From: Fidelibacterota bacterium
Lineage (GTDB): Bacteria; Fidelibacterota; Marinisomatia; Marinisomatales; Marinisomataceae
Assembly (NCBI GenBank): GCA_018672235.1
Contig: JABHGE010000031.1
Location: 1-52,763 of the forward strand
Direction: 5' to 3'
Length of the DNA: 52,763 bases
The notes under the pieces were generated by a model. The model worked only from the letters and a program-made list of their open reading frames with translations, had not been told where the DNA came from and did not search any database. The position numbers were made by a program, and so were the translations under genes. Shown here piece by piece: positions 40,409 to 49,158 of this stretch. How positions within the stretch are numbered: the stretch's first letter is position 1; each line of letters opens with the position of its first letter.

Positions 40409-42006
40409 TCGTCAAATTCCCAGATAATACCAAAAGATAGGAGACTGTTCATTGGATTGAATAGGTCAGAATTATTCAAAGAATAGTTTCCATCGATTGG
40501 CAGTCGATCAAGTGCATTCTTTAGTCGAATAGTTAAGATAACATCTGCAATAGATACATTTAAGTCTAATCCAACATTATAGCTCTCATCGTAAGATATA
40601 TGATTATGAGATATTGGAATATTTCTAAAGTAATCAAAAGAATATCCGGAATCATTTTTAGATAAATATCTCAAAGATAGCTTTCCATCTATGCCAAGCT
40701 TTTGATTAACAAATGATGTCTTGAAATAATAATTTAAATCTAAGATATCAGATCTATTAGAGCTAATTAAACTGTCATAGAAATTATGATAATACACAAT
40801 ATCAACCCTACTGTCTTTGAATGGTAGTATAACTTTTGTTTTCAGCGAAAGCATATCATCTGAGAAAGAAAAATATCCATCGAAGTCAGCTATTTCTATA
40901 TCTGATAAGTATTGTGCTTGAAGATTATTAGCTCTTACAAAATTCAGATCTAAATCAACAACAAATAAGCGATAGCTTAAAATCAATGAATCCCAATTCT
41001 GTACCTTTTCATGATCTTTGGGGTGATATAAATATTCTTCAAATTGTTGAGACCTATCAAATAAAACCATATTAGACTTATTCTTTCTAGACATATATAG
41101 CCCAAGTGTACCAAATTTAGCTTCATAGCTAATATTAGGAACTACTTTATCTGCTATGTAATCAATACCGTATGTAAAATCTCCAAAACTAAATTCATTG
41201 CTATTAGATAGTTGTAATATATTTCTACTATACCCCTCTTGGTTGTTATGATCAAAATAATAGGCGTTATCAATAAAAGATGTTATTGATACATTTCTGC
41301 CATTTTTGGCACTAACATTGAATCGATTTCTATCAATATCAACTTCATGATTAATATTATATTGGGTAATAACTCTATCGGTATATTTATTAATATGATT
41401 CAGTTCAAAATTATATGACCAACTATCTACATTAAGAATACTTCCTGCTGTAAATGACAAGAAATCAGAGAACTCTTTATTGGTAATACCTTCTAAGATT
41501 ACATCTGAATTCACATCAAAAAAAAATTTTGAATCTTCTCTGAAATACCCTACAGAAAAATATAAATTACCATTGGATAGATTAGTCGTATAATCGACCT
41601 TATAAAATAAACTCAGCGGACTACTATCTTGATCAGCAAACTCAGCATAAGTTCCAAAAAAACTCTTCTTCATTGCCGTAAATTGGAGATCACTTTTTTC
41701 GGAATGCTTTTTTAGTCCAATATTTAATTTGTTAAAACCATAATCTCCAAATTCATACTGGAACTTACTTTTGACATAAACAGAATCAGTCGGCATATTA
41801 TCGAAATTGAAAGAAGAGAATTTGTTCTTAAAATATGTAGACGATCTATCGATAAATAAATCATCAAATTTTTTATCGTTATTCCAAACAACCTGATTAT
41901 TATCTAAAACAACTCCAAATTGATCTGATAGATCATAGCTAATATGGCTTTGTCCAAATAATATAGATATAGTTAAAAAATAAACTGCACTAAACTTATT
42001 AGTCAT
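40405..42006 (-). CDS. Hypothetical exported protein, probable outer-membrane beta-barrel
   Basis: Signal peptide, aromatic-rich alternating beta segments, C-terminus SFGIIWEFDD. Confidence 0.55.
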   Translation of the reverse strand: MTNKFSAVYFLTISILFGQSHISYDLSDQFGVVLDNNQVVWNNDKKFDDLFIDRSSTYFKNKFSSFNFDNMPTDSVYVKSKFQYEFGDYGFNKLNIGLKKHSEKSDLQFTAMKKSFFGTYAEFADQDSSPLSLFYKVDYTTNLSNGNLYFSVGYFREDSKFFFDVNSDVILEGITNKEFSDFLSFTAGSILNVDSWSYNFELNHINKYTDRVITQYNINHEVDIDRNRFNVSAKNGRNVSITSFIDNAYYFDHNNQEGYSRNILQLSNSNEFSFGDFTYGIDYIADKVVPNISYEAKFGTLGLYMSRKNKSNMVLFDRSQQFEEYLYHPKDHEKVQNWDSLILSYRLFVVDLDLNFVRANNLQAQYLSDIEIADFDGYFSFSDDMLSLKTKVILPFKDSRVDIVYYHNFYDSLISSNRSDILDLNYYFKTSFVNQKLGIDGKLSLRYLSKNDSGYSFDYFRNIPISHNHISYDESYNVGLDLNVSIADVILTIRLKNALDRLPIDGNYSLNNSDLFNPMNSLLSFGIIWEFDD

Positions 42007-42878
42007 TTTTTGCTCATAACATTAACCTGTGAATCCATATAGTTAATTGTATGCAATAAAACGGCTTCTAAAGTTTGAGGTTCAACAGGGCTTTGCCATT
42101 CTTTTCTACCTTGGTAAGATAGGATTAGATGCTCTAATCTTACTTTATCTTGATCTGGAAAGCGTTTTACTTTTCTGATATAGTTATTAACAACGTCTCT
42201 TGAAAGTATAGCATTTCCTACCAATCGTCTTTCATTTGATTTTACTTGAGAAAATCCCATATTAATTGAATACAATTTTCCAATTTGATGCAAGCATGCT
42301 CCTGTTAAAAGTAAGTCTGTATCTACTTTATAATGCTTGCCTAAAATTTTAGAAATTTCAATTAATGAAACTGTTTGCTCAATTAATCCACTTTGATAAT
42401 TATATTGATATGAAATACTAGCGGGATAAATCTGAAATTTCTGTTTATGATCTACTAATATTTTCTTTACTAATTTTTTTAAGTGAATTTTAGATATCAG
42501 ATCAATCTCTTTGTTCAGATCAATCCATAACTGCTTTGCATTTTTTCTTGAACTTGGTATTAGGTCCGATGAACTAAATCCATATTTTGCATATTTCTCA
42601 ATAGATGCTCTTGTGATATTCTTTATTTTAATAAAAATACTATCACCGTACTTATAAGTACTTCCCTTTATAGCAACAGGATTACCTATATCAAATTTTT
42701 TTGATAGCGATTCGACATTGTCCCAAATACGAGCCCTTATTATACCCGATTTATCTTGTAACAATAAATCAAGATATATAGAGCCGTCTTTTTTTCTTCT
42801 GGATTTTTTTTCTACACAAAGATAGAAGCCTTGGAGCTTCATTCCAGAAACTAGATTATCAATAAGAATAGATTTCAT
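42003..42878 (-). CDS. YhaM/CBF1-like OB-fold plus HD-domain protein with degenerate metal ligands
   Basis: OB fold (YLDLLLQDKSGIIRARIWD) and HD scaffold (DLLLTGACLHQIGK, HLILSYQG, EW.SP..P...EA.LLH), with His/Asp ligands substituted. Confidence 0.85.
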   Translation of the reverse strand: MKSILIDNLVSGMKLQGFYLCVEKKSRRKKDGSIYLDLLLQDKSGIIRARIWDNVESLSKKFDIGNPVAIKGSTYKYGDSIFIKIKNITRASIEKYAKYGFSSSDLIPSSRKNAKQLWIDLNKEIDLISKIHLKKLVKKILVDHKQKFQIYPASISYQYNYQSGLIEQTVSLIEISKILGKHYKVDTDLLLTGACLHQIGKLYSINMGFSQVKSNERRLVGNAILSRDVVNNYIRKVKRFPDQDKVRLEHLILSYQGRKEWQSPVEPQTLEAVLLHTINYMDSQVNVMSKK

Positions 42879-42885
42879 TTAAAAG

Positions 42886-43350
42886 CTAATTTTTAGAATG
42901 GTTACACTCAGAGCCGGTACAAACAGCAGATAGCTGATGGACTCTTTTTGTGACTTTAAGATTTAGATTTTTAGCAATCTTATCTTCAATTTTGGATATA
43001 CTATTATCAAAGAACTCAAAAATTTCTCCACAATCTTGACATACAATATGGTCATGTTGTGGGCTAATAGATTTTTTATTATGCTCATATAAAAATCTAC
43101 CGTCATCTAAAGTAAGTTTTTTTAATAAATCATGTTTTACAAAAACATCAATCGTTCTATATAAGGTTGCTCTTGAAACATTAATTTTTTTCTTTTGAAG
43201 ACTTCCCAGAATAGTCTCAATATCTCTATGCTTATTTGTTCCAGATAGTTCATCCCAAATGTCTAAGCGTTGCTTTGTCGCTCTTAAACCTTCAGCTTTC
43301 AACACTGACTCAACCTCTACATGAAATCTACATGGTATTAAATTTTCCAT
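42886..43350 (-). CDS. fur: Fur family transcriptional regulator
   Basis: GLRATKQR, VSRATLYRT, HDHIVCQDCG, C-terminal Cys pair. Metal specificity unknown. Confidence 0.85.
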   Translation of the reverse strand: MENLIPCRFHVEVESVLKAEGLRATKQRLDIWDELSGTNKHRDIETILGSLQKKKINVSRATLYRTIDVFVKHDLLKKLTLDDGRFLYEHNKKSISPQHDHIVCQDCGEIFEFFDNSISKIEDKIAKNLNLKVTKRVHQLSAVCTGSECNHSKN

Positions 43351-43362
43351 AATTCAAATTAC

Positions 43363-45528
43363 CTAATCTATCTTTTTTAGTCTAGCATATTTAACAATAA
43401 GCTTTTTTCTTAATCCACCAGAAAATTCAACGCCAACTTTCTGATTTTCTCCAGTCCCATTTAATACTAAAATTGTACCAACTCCAAAAAGATTATGTTG
43501 GACTTCATCGCCGACCTTAAAGTCGTCAAACTCTGTTACTGTTCTAGATATTTGAATTGTCTTCTTATTTCCAGAACGTACAATTCTTTTTGTATAAACT
43601 GTTTTGTATGGCTTAACCTTGATTACATCTTTGTCAATTTCATTTAAAAACTCAGATTGCACAAAAGATGATGTATTTAGTGCGCCAAATTTTCTTCTAT
43701 ATTTAGCATTCAATAAATACACTCTTTCCATCGCTCTTGTTACTGCAACATAAAATAGCCTTCTCTCTTCTTCTAACTGATCTATATCATCATCCATACG
43801 TATCAATGGAAATAAGCCTTGCTCAAGACCAGTAACAAATACTGTAGAAAATTCTAACCCTTTCGATCCATGAATAGTCATAAGTGTTACAGAATTTTTC
43901 TTATCATCCCAATCATCTAAATCGGTATAAAGTGATATTTCTTGTAAAAACTCTTTTAGACTACCATTTGATTTTTCTGCAAAACGATCAATACTTAATT
44001 TTAATTCTTGAATATTATTATAGCGATCTTGTTCTGCAGGATTATTTTTATAGTAATTTTCGATATTAAATTCTTCCAATAAAGTGCGTAAAAGTTCTTT
44101 GCAGTCTAATGTATCTAATAGATCATGAAATTTATTAATTGATAGGTAAAAATTTTCAATTGAATCTTGTTGTTTCCCTCTCAATTTTATATCTCTACAA
44201 GACTTTAAGCTGTCAAATAATGAAATTCCTTTTTCTAGGCCTAAATCATTGAAAATTTTAATAGATTTTTCGCCAATCCCTCTAACTGGAAAATTGATAA
44301 TTCTTTTCAATGCAATATTATCATTTGGATTACATACTAAGGTTAGATAAGCAAGTACATCCTTTACTTCTTTTCTATCATAAAATTTAGTACCTCCTAC
44401 AATATTATATGGAAGGCCTTCTCTCATCATTGTCTGTTCAAGCATTCTAGATTGTGCATTGGTGCGATATAATACAGCAAAGTCTTTAAATGCGCCTTTA
44501 TTGATTTTGATTTCTGTTTTTATAGAATCGCATATTGCATTAGCCTCATCTTCATCGCTTCCAGTAGAAATAAGTGAAATTTTTTCTCCCAAACCTTTTG
44601 TAGCAACTAATTTCTTCTCGGCTCTATTAGTATTATTAGAAACTACAGACCAGGCTCCATCAAGGATGCGTTGAGTAGATCTATAATTTTTCTCTAACTT
44701 GACTTCGATAGCTTTTGGAAACGTATCTTTAAAGTTTGTAAGAATATTATCAATATTTGCTCCTCTCCATCCATAAATAGATTGATCATCATCGCCTACA
44801 ACTGTGATATTTTGATGTTTACCGCCTAACAGACTGATTAAGTCAAATTGAGGAGAATTAGTATCTTGAAATTCGTCTACTAATATATATTGCCATGATT
44901 TTTGATATTGCTTCAATAAGGAATCATTTTCTTTGAATAACTTAATAGGCATTCCGATTAAATCGTTAAAGTCTACAGCATTATTTGATAGCAATAATTC
45001 TGAATATCTTTTATATACTTCTGAAATTTTTTCATCTTCAAAGCTATTTGCTTTTGATTCTACTTCTTTTACTGTCATTGAAGCATTTTTGAATTTATCA
45101 AGCTGCGAACGTAGGAAATTGATATTCAATTCTTTGAATTCTGCAATATTCAACTGATCTACTACTTCTTTTAGCAAAGATTTTTGATCAGAGACATCGT
45201 AGATAGTAAAATCGCTATTATACTTATCATTTAAATAGCTAATATGTTTTCTTAAAATTCTCGCTCCAATTGAATGGAATGTTCCAACATTTACACCATC
45301 ACAATTGATACTATCCTTAATACGTTCTTTCATTTCAGCTGCAGCTTTATTAGTGAATGTCAGCGCTAAAATCTGATTGGGATGATAAATTTTATCCTTA
45401 ATCAAATGCCATATTTTATAAGTTAAAACTCGTGTCTTTCCACTTCCAGCGCCTGCAAAAACAAGTACGGGGTGCTTAACAGTCTTTACTGCTTTAAGCT
45501 GTTGAGTATTTAAGTCAGTTAATTTCAT
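43363..45528 (-). CDS. pcrA: UvrD/PcrA superfamily I DNA helicase
   Basis: AGAGSGKT, TFTNKAA, VDEFQDT, NYRST, YRTNAQSR, KGLEF, EERRLFYVAVTRA, C-terminal Tudor-like domain. Confidence 0.95.
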   Translation of the reverse strand: MKLTDLNTQQLKAVKTVKHPVLVFAGAGSGKTRVLTYKIWHLIKDKIYHPNQILALTFTNKAAAEMKERIKDSINCDGVNVGTFHSIGARILRKHISYLNDKYNSDFTIYDVSDQKSLLKEVVDQLNIAEFKELNINFLRSQLDKFKNASMTVKEVESKANSFEDEKISEVYKRYSELLLSNNAVDFNDLIGMPIKLFKENDSLLKQYQKSWQYILVDEFQDTNSPQFDLISLLGGKHQNITVVGDDDQSIYGWRGANIDNILTNFKDTFPKAIEVKLEKNYRSTQRILDGAWSVVSNNTNRAEKKLVATKGLGEKISLISTGSDEDEANAICDSIKTEIKINKGAFKDFAVLYRTNAQSRMLEQTMMREGLPYNIVGGTKFYDRKEVKDVLAYLTLVCNPNDNIALKRIINFPVRGIGEKSIKIFNDLGLEKGISLFDSLKSCRDIKLRGKQQDSIENFYLSINKFHDLLDTLDCKELLRTLLEEFNIENYYKNNPAEQDRYNNIQELKLSIDRFAEKSNGSLKEFLQEISLYTDLDDWDDKKNSVTLMTIHGSKGLEFSTVFVTGLEQGLFPLIRMDDDIDQLEEERRLFYVAVTRAMERVYLLNAKYRRKFGALNTSSFVQSEFLNEIDKDVIKVKPYKTVYTKRIVRSGNKKTIQISRTVTEFDDFKVGDEVQHNLFGVGTILVLNGTGENQKVGVEFSGGLRKKLIVKYARLKKID

Positions 45529-46526
45529 CTATTTTCTCTTTTATACTGTTTGTATAGCTTCTTTGCTTTCAAATGATCTTGTTGATTTGTGGTAAACACA
45601 TGAGAGCCATCACCTTGTGCTACAAAATATAAATAATCTGTACTAGCAGGATACAATGCTGCTCTAATTGATTCTAACCCAGGATTATTAATAGGCCCAG
45701 GTGGTAACCCGTAATTCAAATATGTATTATAAGGAGATACGCGTTTTAGGTCTCTAAGACTTAATGCTTTTGGATTGCCCGGTATTAAATATTGTATAGT
45801 TGGATCTGCTTGTAATTTCATTCTTTTTTTTAGTCGATTGTGATAGACAGAAGATATAATAGCTCTCTCTCTATCTAGCAAAGCTTCTCCTTCTATAATC
45901 GACGCCAAAGTTACAACCTCATGTACCGTAAATCCTAGTTCATTTGTGCGTTCTATAAATGTTTTATTAAAGTTCTTCCAAAACTCATCAATCATCGTGA
46001 CTAAAACCTTACGACTGCTTGTTCCTTCAAAAAAATAATATGTATCTGGAAAAAGATATCCTTCCAAAGAAGATGCCTTAATATCAAATTCTTTTATAAA
46101 TATCAGATCTTTGAATAGTACACTATAATCATAAGATGCATCAAATAGCATATTTGCATTTAGGAATATTTGCTCAGATGACGATCCCTCTGGAATCGTT
46201 AATTTTAGCCTAATTGGACCATCCTTAAAAATTGTATCAATAACATTTCTATTGCTTATTTTACCTTGAACAACAAAAGTTCCAACTGGAATTTTATTAG
46301 ATAGTCCGAGGAAATAAACTCTATACTTAAAAAAAGATTTGTTATAAATAATATCTTTTTCATATAGAAGATTTGTTACTTTATTAAGCGACATTCCTTT
46401 TTCAATCACAAAAATTGTTTTATCTATATTTCTGTTTGAAGTAAAAAATATACTTGCTCCAACAAGACATATTGTTAAAAAAAGACCAAATACTGAATCG
46501 CGATTATTATTATTATTGGCTGCCAT
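45525..46526 (-). CDS. mltG: Endolytic transglycosylase MltG
   Basis: TIPEG, LEGYLFPDTY, LASIIEGE, LQADPT, SPYNTY..GLPPGPI. Start ATG 46526 preferred. Confidence 0.93.
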   Translation of the reverse strand: MAANNNNNRDSVFGLFLTICLVGASIFFTSNRNIDKTIFVIEKGMSLNKVTNLLYEKDIIYNKSFFKYRVYFLGLSNKIPVGTFVVQGKISNRNVIDTIFKDGPIRLKLTIPEGSSSEQIFLNANMLFDASYDYSVLFKDLIFIKEFDIKASSLEGYLFPDTYYFFEGTSSRKVLVTMIDEFWKNFNKTFIERTNELGFTVHEVVTLASIIEGEALLDRERAIISSVYHNRLKKRMKLQADPTIQYLIPGNPKALSLRDLKRVSPYNTYLNYGLPPGPINNPGLESIRAALYPASTDYLYFVAQGDGSHVFTTNQQDHLKAKKLYKQYKRENR

Positions 46527-46620
46527 AAAGAAGCAGAAATTAATTCTTTTATAGGCTGAAATCAATTGTAAGGAATTATATTTTTTGGAAACTAGCTAGA
46601 AGAAATTTAACTTAAGGTAA

Positions 46621-46833
46621 ATGACTAGCAAAAATAAACAATCAATCAACTTTAAGTGGCCATATAAAACTAAAAATTATGTTTTGTTTGGAGCCGGAGT
46701 TTTCGTTATAATTGTGGGTTATTTGACAATGTATTTAGGAGAAGTTGATAGCTTTCAAAGTTTAGTCATTTCTCCCTTGCTTTTATTAATCGGGTATTTA
46801 GTTCTTATTCCATACGCATTATTATATAAATAA
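46621..46833 (+). CDS. Small two-TM membrane protein (DUF3098-like)
   Basis: KNYVLFGAG..IIVGY.TM and SPLLLLIGY pattern. Confidence 0.65.
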   Translation: MTSKNKQSINFKWPYKTKNYVLFGAGVFVIIVGYLTMYLGEVDSFQSLVISPLLLLIGYLVLIPYALLYK

Positions 46834-46840
46834 ATAATTT

Positions 46841-46914
46841 GGGGTAGTAGTTCAGCTGGTTAGAACGCCGGCCTGTCAAGCCGGAGGTCGCGGGTTCGAG
46901 TCCCGTCTATCCCG
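46841..46914 (+). tRNA. tRNA-Asp (GUC)
   Basis: Acceptor stem GGGGTAG/CTATCCC, D-arm GTTCAGCTGGTTAGAAC, anticodon arm CCGGC-CTGTCAA-GCCGG, T-loop TTCGAGT, discriminator G; CCA not encoded. Confidence 0.96.
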
Positions 46915-46937
46915 CAAATACAAGCAATGAATACACC

Positions 46938-46967
46938 AAAGAGGAGCTTTGATAGTTCCTTTTTTTT
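46938..46967 (+). terminator. Probable intrinsic terminator after tRNA-Asp
   Basis: Stem AGGAGCT/AGTTCCT with a TTGAT loop, followed by a T run. Confidence 0.6.
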
Positions 46968-46981
46968 ATGAAAAAAATAAA

Positions 46982-48070
46982 ATGAAGAATATCTATCAAA
47001 TTGGAGCTGGGATGGTTGGAAGTGCAATGGCTGCCGATCTTTCAAAAAATCATAATCTTTTTTTAGCAGACTATGATCTTAATGCTCTTGAAGCAATTCA
47101 ATCTAAAAATCCTCATATTCATATATTCCAGTTAGATGTTACTGATGAGGAATCACTTTCTAAGTGGATTCAGCCAGCTGAAATTGTATTATTAGCAGTG
47201 CCTGGCTTTTTGGGCTATAATGCACTAAAGACTATTATTAATAATGGGAAGGATGTTGTAGACATATCTTTCTCTCCAGAAAATGTATTAGATCTTAATT
47301 CCCTTGCAAAAGAAAAAGGAGTTACCGTTATTGTTGATGCTGGGGTTGCCCCTGGAATTCCTAATTATTTATTAGGCTATTGGGATGCACAATTAAATAT
47401 TGAATCATTCGAGTACTATGTTGGCGGACTCCCTAAAAATCCACAACCTCCATTTAACTATAAAGCTCCCTTCTCTCCAATAGATGTTATTGAAGAGTAT
47501 ACGCGTCCTGCAAGAATGTTGATAGATCATGAAGTAATTACTGAGCCTGCTTTATCTGATATTGAAATAATGGAATTAGAAGATGCTGGTCAATTAGAAG
47601 CATTTAATACGGATGGATTGCGTTCCTTGCTATCCACAATGAACCATATTCCAAACCTAAAAGAAAAAACGTTGCGCTATCCTGGCCATGCAGCATTGAT
47701 GCTAGATTATAGAAATAAAGGCTTATTTAGTGATAAAAAAATTGCTGAAACATCTAAAAAATTGTTTGAATTATGGAAGTTGGATGAGAATGAAATAGAA
47801 TTTACTGTGCTTGATATCATTATTAAAGGTGAGATGAAAATAATCAGTTATCATCTATATGATGAATTTGATTTAAATAGCCGAACCTCTTCTATGGCAA
47901 GAACTACAGGATATACTGCGACTGCTAGTATCAATTTAATCTTAGAGAATTTATGGAATGCGCATGGGGTCTTTGCTCCTGAAATGGTAGGTGTAAAACC
48001 TGAATGCATGCAATTTATCCTACAATATTTAGATCAAAGAAATGTAATAATTTCAGAAAAAACTGCCTGA
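46982..48070 (+). CDS. Saccharopine dehydrogenase family protein (lysine 6-dehydrogenase-like)
   Basis: IGAGMVG, VDISF, DAGVAPG, VGGLP, EEYTRPA, FNTDGLRSL, KTLRYPGH, MARTTG. Start ATG 46982. Confidence 0.85.
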   Translation: MKNIYQIGAGMVGSAMAADLSKNHNLFLADYDLNALEAIQSKNPHIHIFQLDVTDEESLSKWIQPAEIVLLAVPGFLGYNALKTIINNGKDVVDISFSPENVLDLNSLAKEKGVTVIVDAGVAPGIPNYLLGYWDAQLNIESFEYYVGGLPKNPQPPFNYKAPFSPIDVIEEYTRPARMLIDHEVITEPALSDIEIMELEDAGQLEAFNTDGLRSLLSTMNHIPNLKEKTLRYPGHAALMLDYRNKGLFSDKKIAETSKKLFELWKLDENEIEFTVLDIIIKGEMKIISYHLYDEFDLNSRTSSMARTTGYTATASINLILENLWNAHGVFAPEMVGVKPECMQFILQYLDQRNVIISEKTA

Positions 48071-48122
48071 TCTAAATAGTTTTATGGACTAAGTGGTAAT
48101 TATTATTGTAGATTTGTGACCT

Positions 48123-49154
48123 ATGCTAAAAAAACTCCTATCATTATTTTTAATTTTATTAATTAGTTGCGGCGGAGGCGGAGGCGGAAGCGGCGATGGC
48201 GATGGCGGCGGAACAGGACCTACTGATCCAGCTCCAGTAGCAATTTTTACAGGATCTCCACTATCGGGACCTGTACCTTTAACAGTTGGATTCTTATCTG
48301 GATCTACTAATGCAACGACTACTGCATGGGATTTTGACAATGACGGATCTCCAGACGCATCAGGTACTTCTGTATCATATACATATAATAATACAGGCAC
48401 CTACTCTGTTTCATTAACTGTTACAGGAACCGGAGGAACTGACACTACAACAAAGACTAATTATATTACAGTGAATGCAGTTGCACCAACTGCAGCATTT
48501 TTTGGAGCACCTACATCAGGAACTCCTGAATTACGTGTTCAGTTTACAAATACATCATCCCAATATACTCAATCCAGTTGGAACTTTGGTGATGGAACAA
48601 CTAGTACCGACGATTCACCGATTCATACCTACACTAGCGCAGGAAGCTATGATGTGTCATTAAGCGTAACTGGTGAAGGCGGATCTAACACTGCTAATGC
48701 ATCAGCTTATGTAACATTGACCGATATTGCAACTCCAGCAATGATTTTAGATTCAAAATATACGGACACTTCTACGGGAGCTAGCGTTTCATTAGATATA
48801 AAAGTATTGGGTGTAACCGGTCTTGCTGCGGCTCAAGCAAAATTAATTTATGATGCAAGTGCAGTAACTATTGGCGATGTCACTGCAGGAGATTTTTTAC
48901 AAGGAAATACTGATCCATTATTTATTGTTACTAAAGATGAAAGTAATGGAGAGGTACTAATTTATACATCTTCATTATCTAGCGATCAACCAACTTCTGA
49001 TGGAGACGGTGTGATTGCTACGGTAAACTTTACAGTGAATGGATCAACAAATACAAATATTAATTTTGACGGCGCTGATACTATTATGTTAGATGTGGAT
49101 GGTGCAAACATTACAGTTAACGGATTAGAAAATGGATACTTAATACTGGAATAA
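48123..49154 (+). CDS. Lipoprotein with Gly linker, two PKD domains and a C-terminal cohesin-like domain
   Basis: Lipobox LLISC; PKD motifs WDFDNDG and WNFGDG with YxVSLxV; cohesin-like VSLDIKV..AAQAKLIYD..V..GDFL..DGVIATVNFTV. Confidence 0.8.
   Translation: MLKKLLSLFLILLISCGGGGGGSGDGDGGGTGPTDPAPVAIFTGSPLSGPVPLTVGFLSGSTNATTTAWDFDNDGSPDASGTSVSYTYNNTGTYSVSLTVTGTGGTDTTTKTNYITVNAVAPTAAFFGAPTSGTPELRVQFTNTSSQYTQSSWNFGDGTTSTDDSPIHTYTSAGSYDVSLSVTGEGGSNTANASAYVTLTDIATPAMILDSKYTDTSTGASVSLDIKVLGVTGLAAAQAKLIYDASAVTIGDVTAGDFLQGNTDPLFIVTKDESNGEVLIYTSSLSSDQPTSDGDGVIATVNFTVNGSTNTNINFDGADTIMLDVDGANITVNGLENGYLILE
48171..48212 (+). repeat. GC-rich (GGC/GGA) low-complexity tract encoding the Gly linker
   Basis: ggcggaggcggaggcggaagcggcgatggcgatggcggcgga immediately after the lipobox Cys. 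Confidence 0.7.
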
Positions 49155-49158
49155 CACT

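Noticed and set aside
3747-45157. Many short ORFs of 60-104 aa in the track (for example 3747-4061, 6219-6491, 16887-17069, 16947-17252, 24161-24424, 35881-36162)
   Set aside because: They are antisense or alternate-frame shadows of well-supported genes and show no recognisable motifs.
46860-47045. 61-aa minus-strand ORF ending GIDGTRTRDLRLDRPAF
   Set aside because: Antisense reading of tRNA-Asp, a common spurious ORF.
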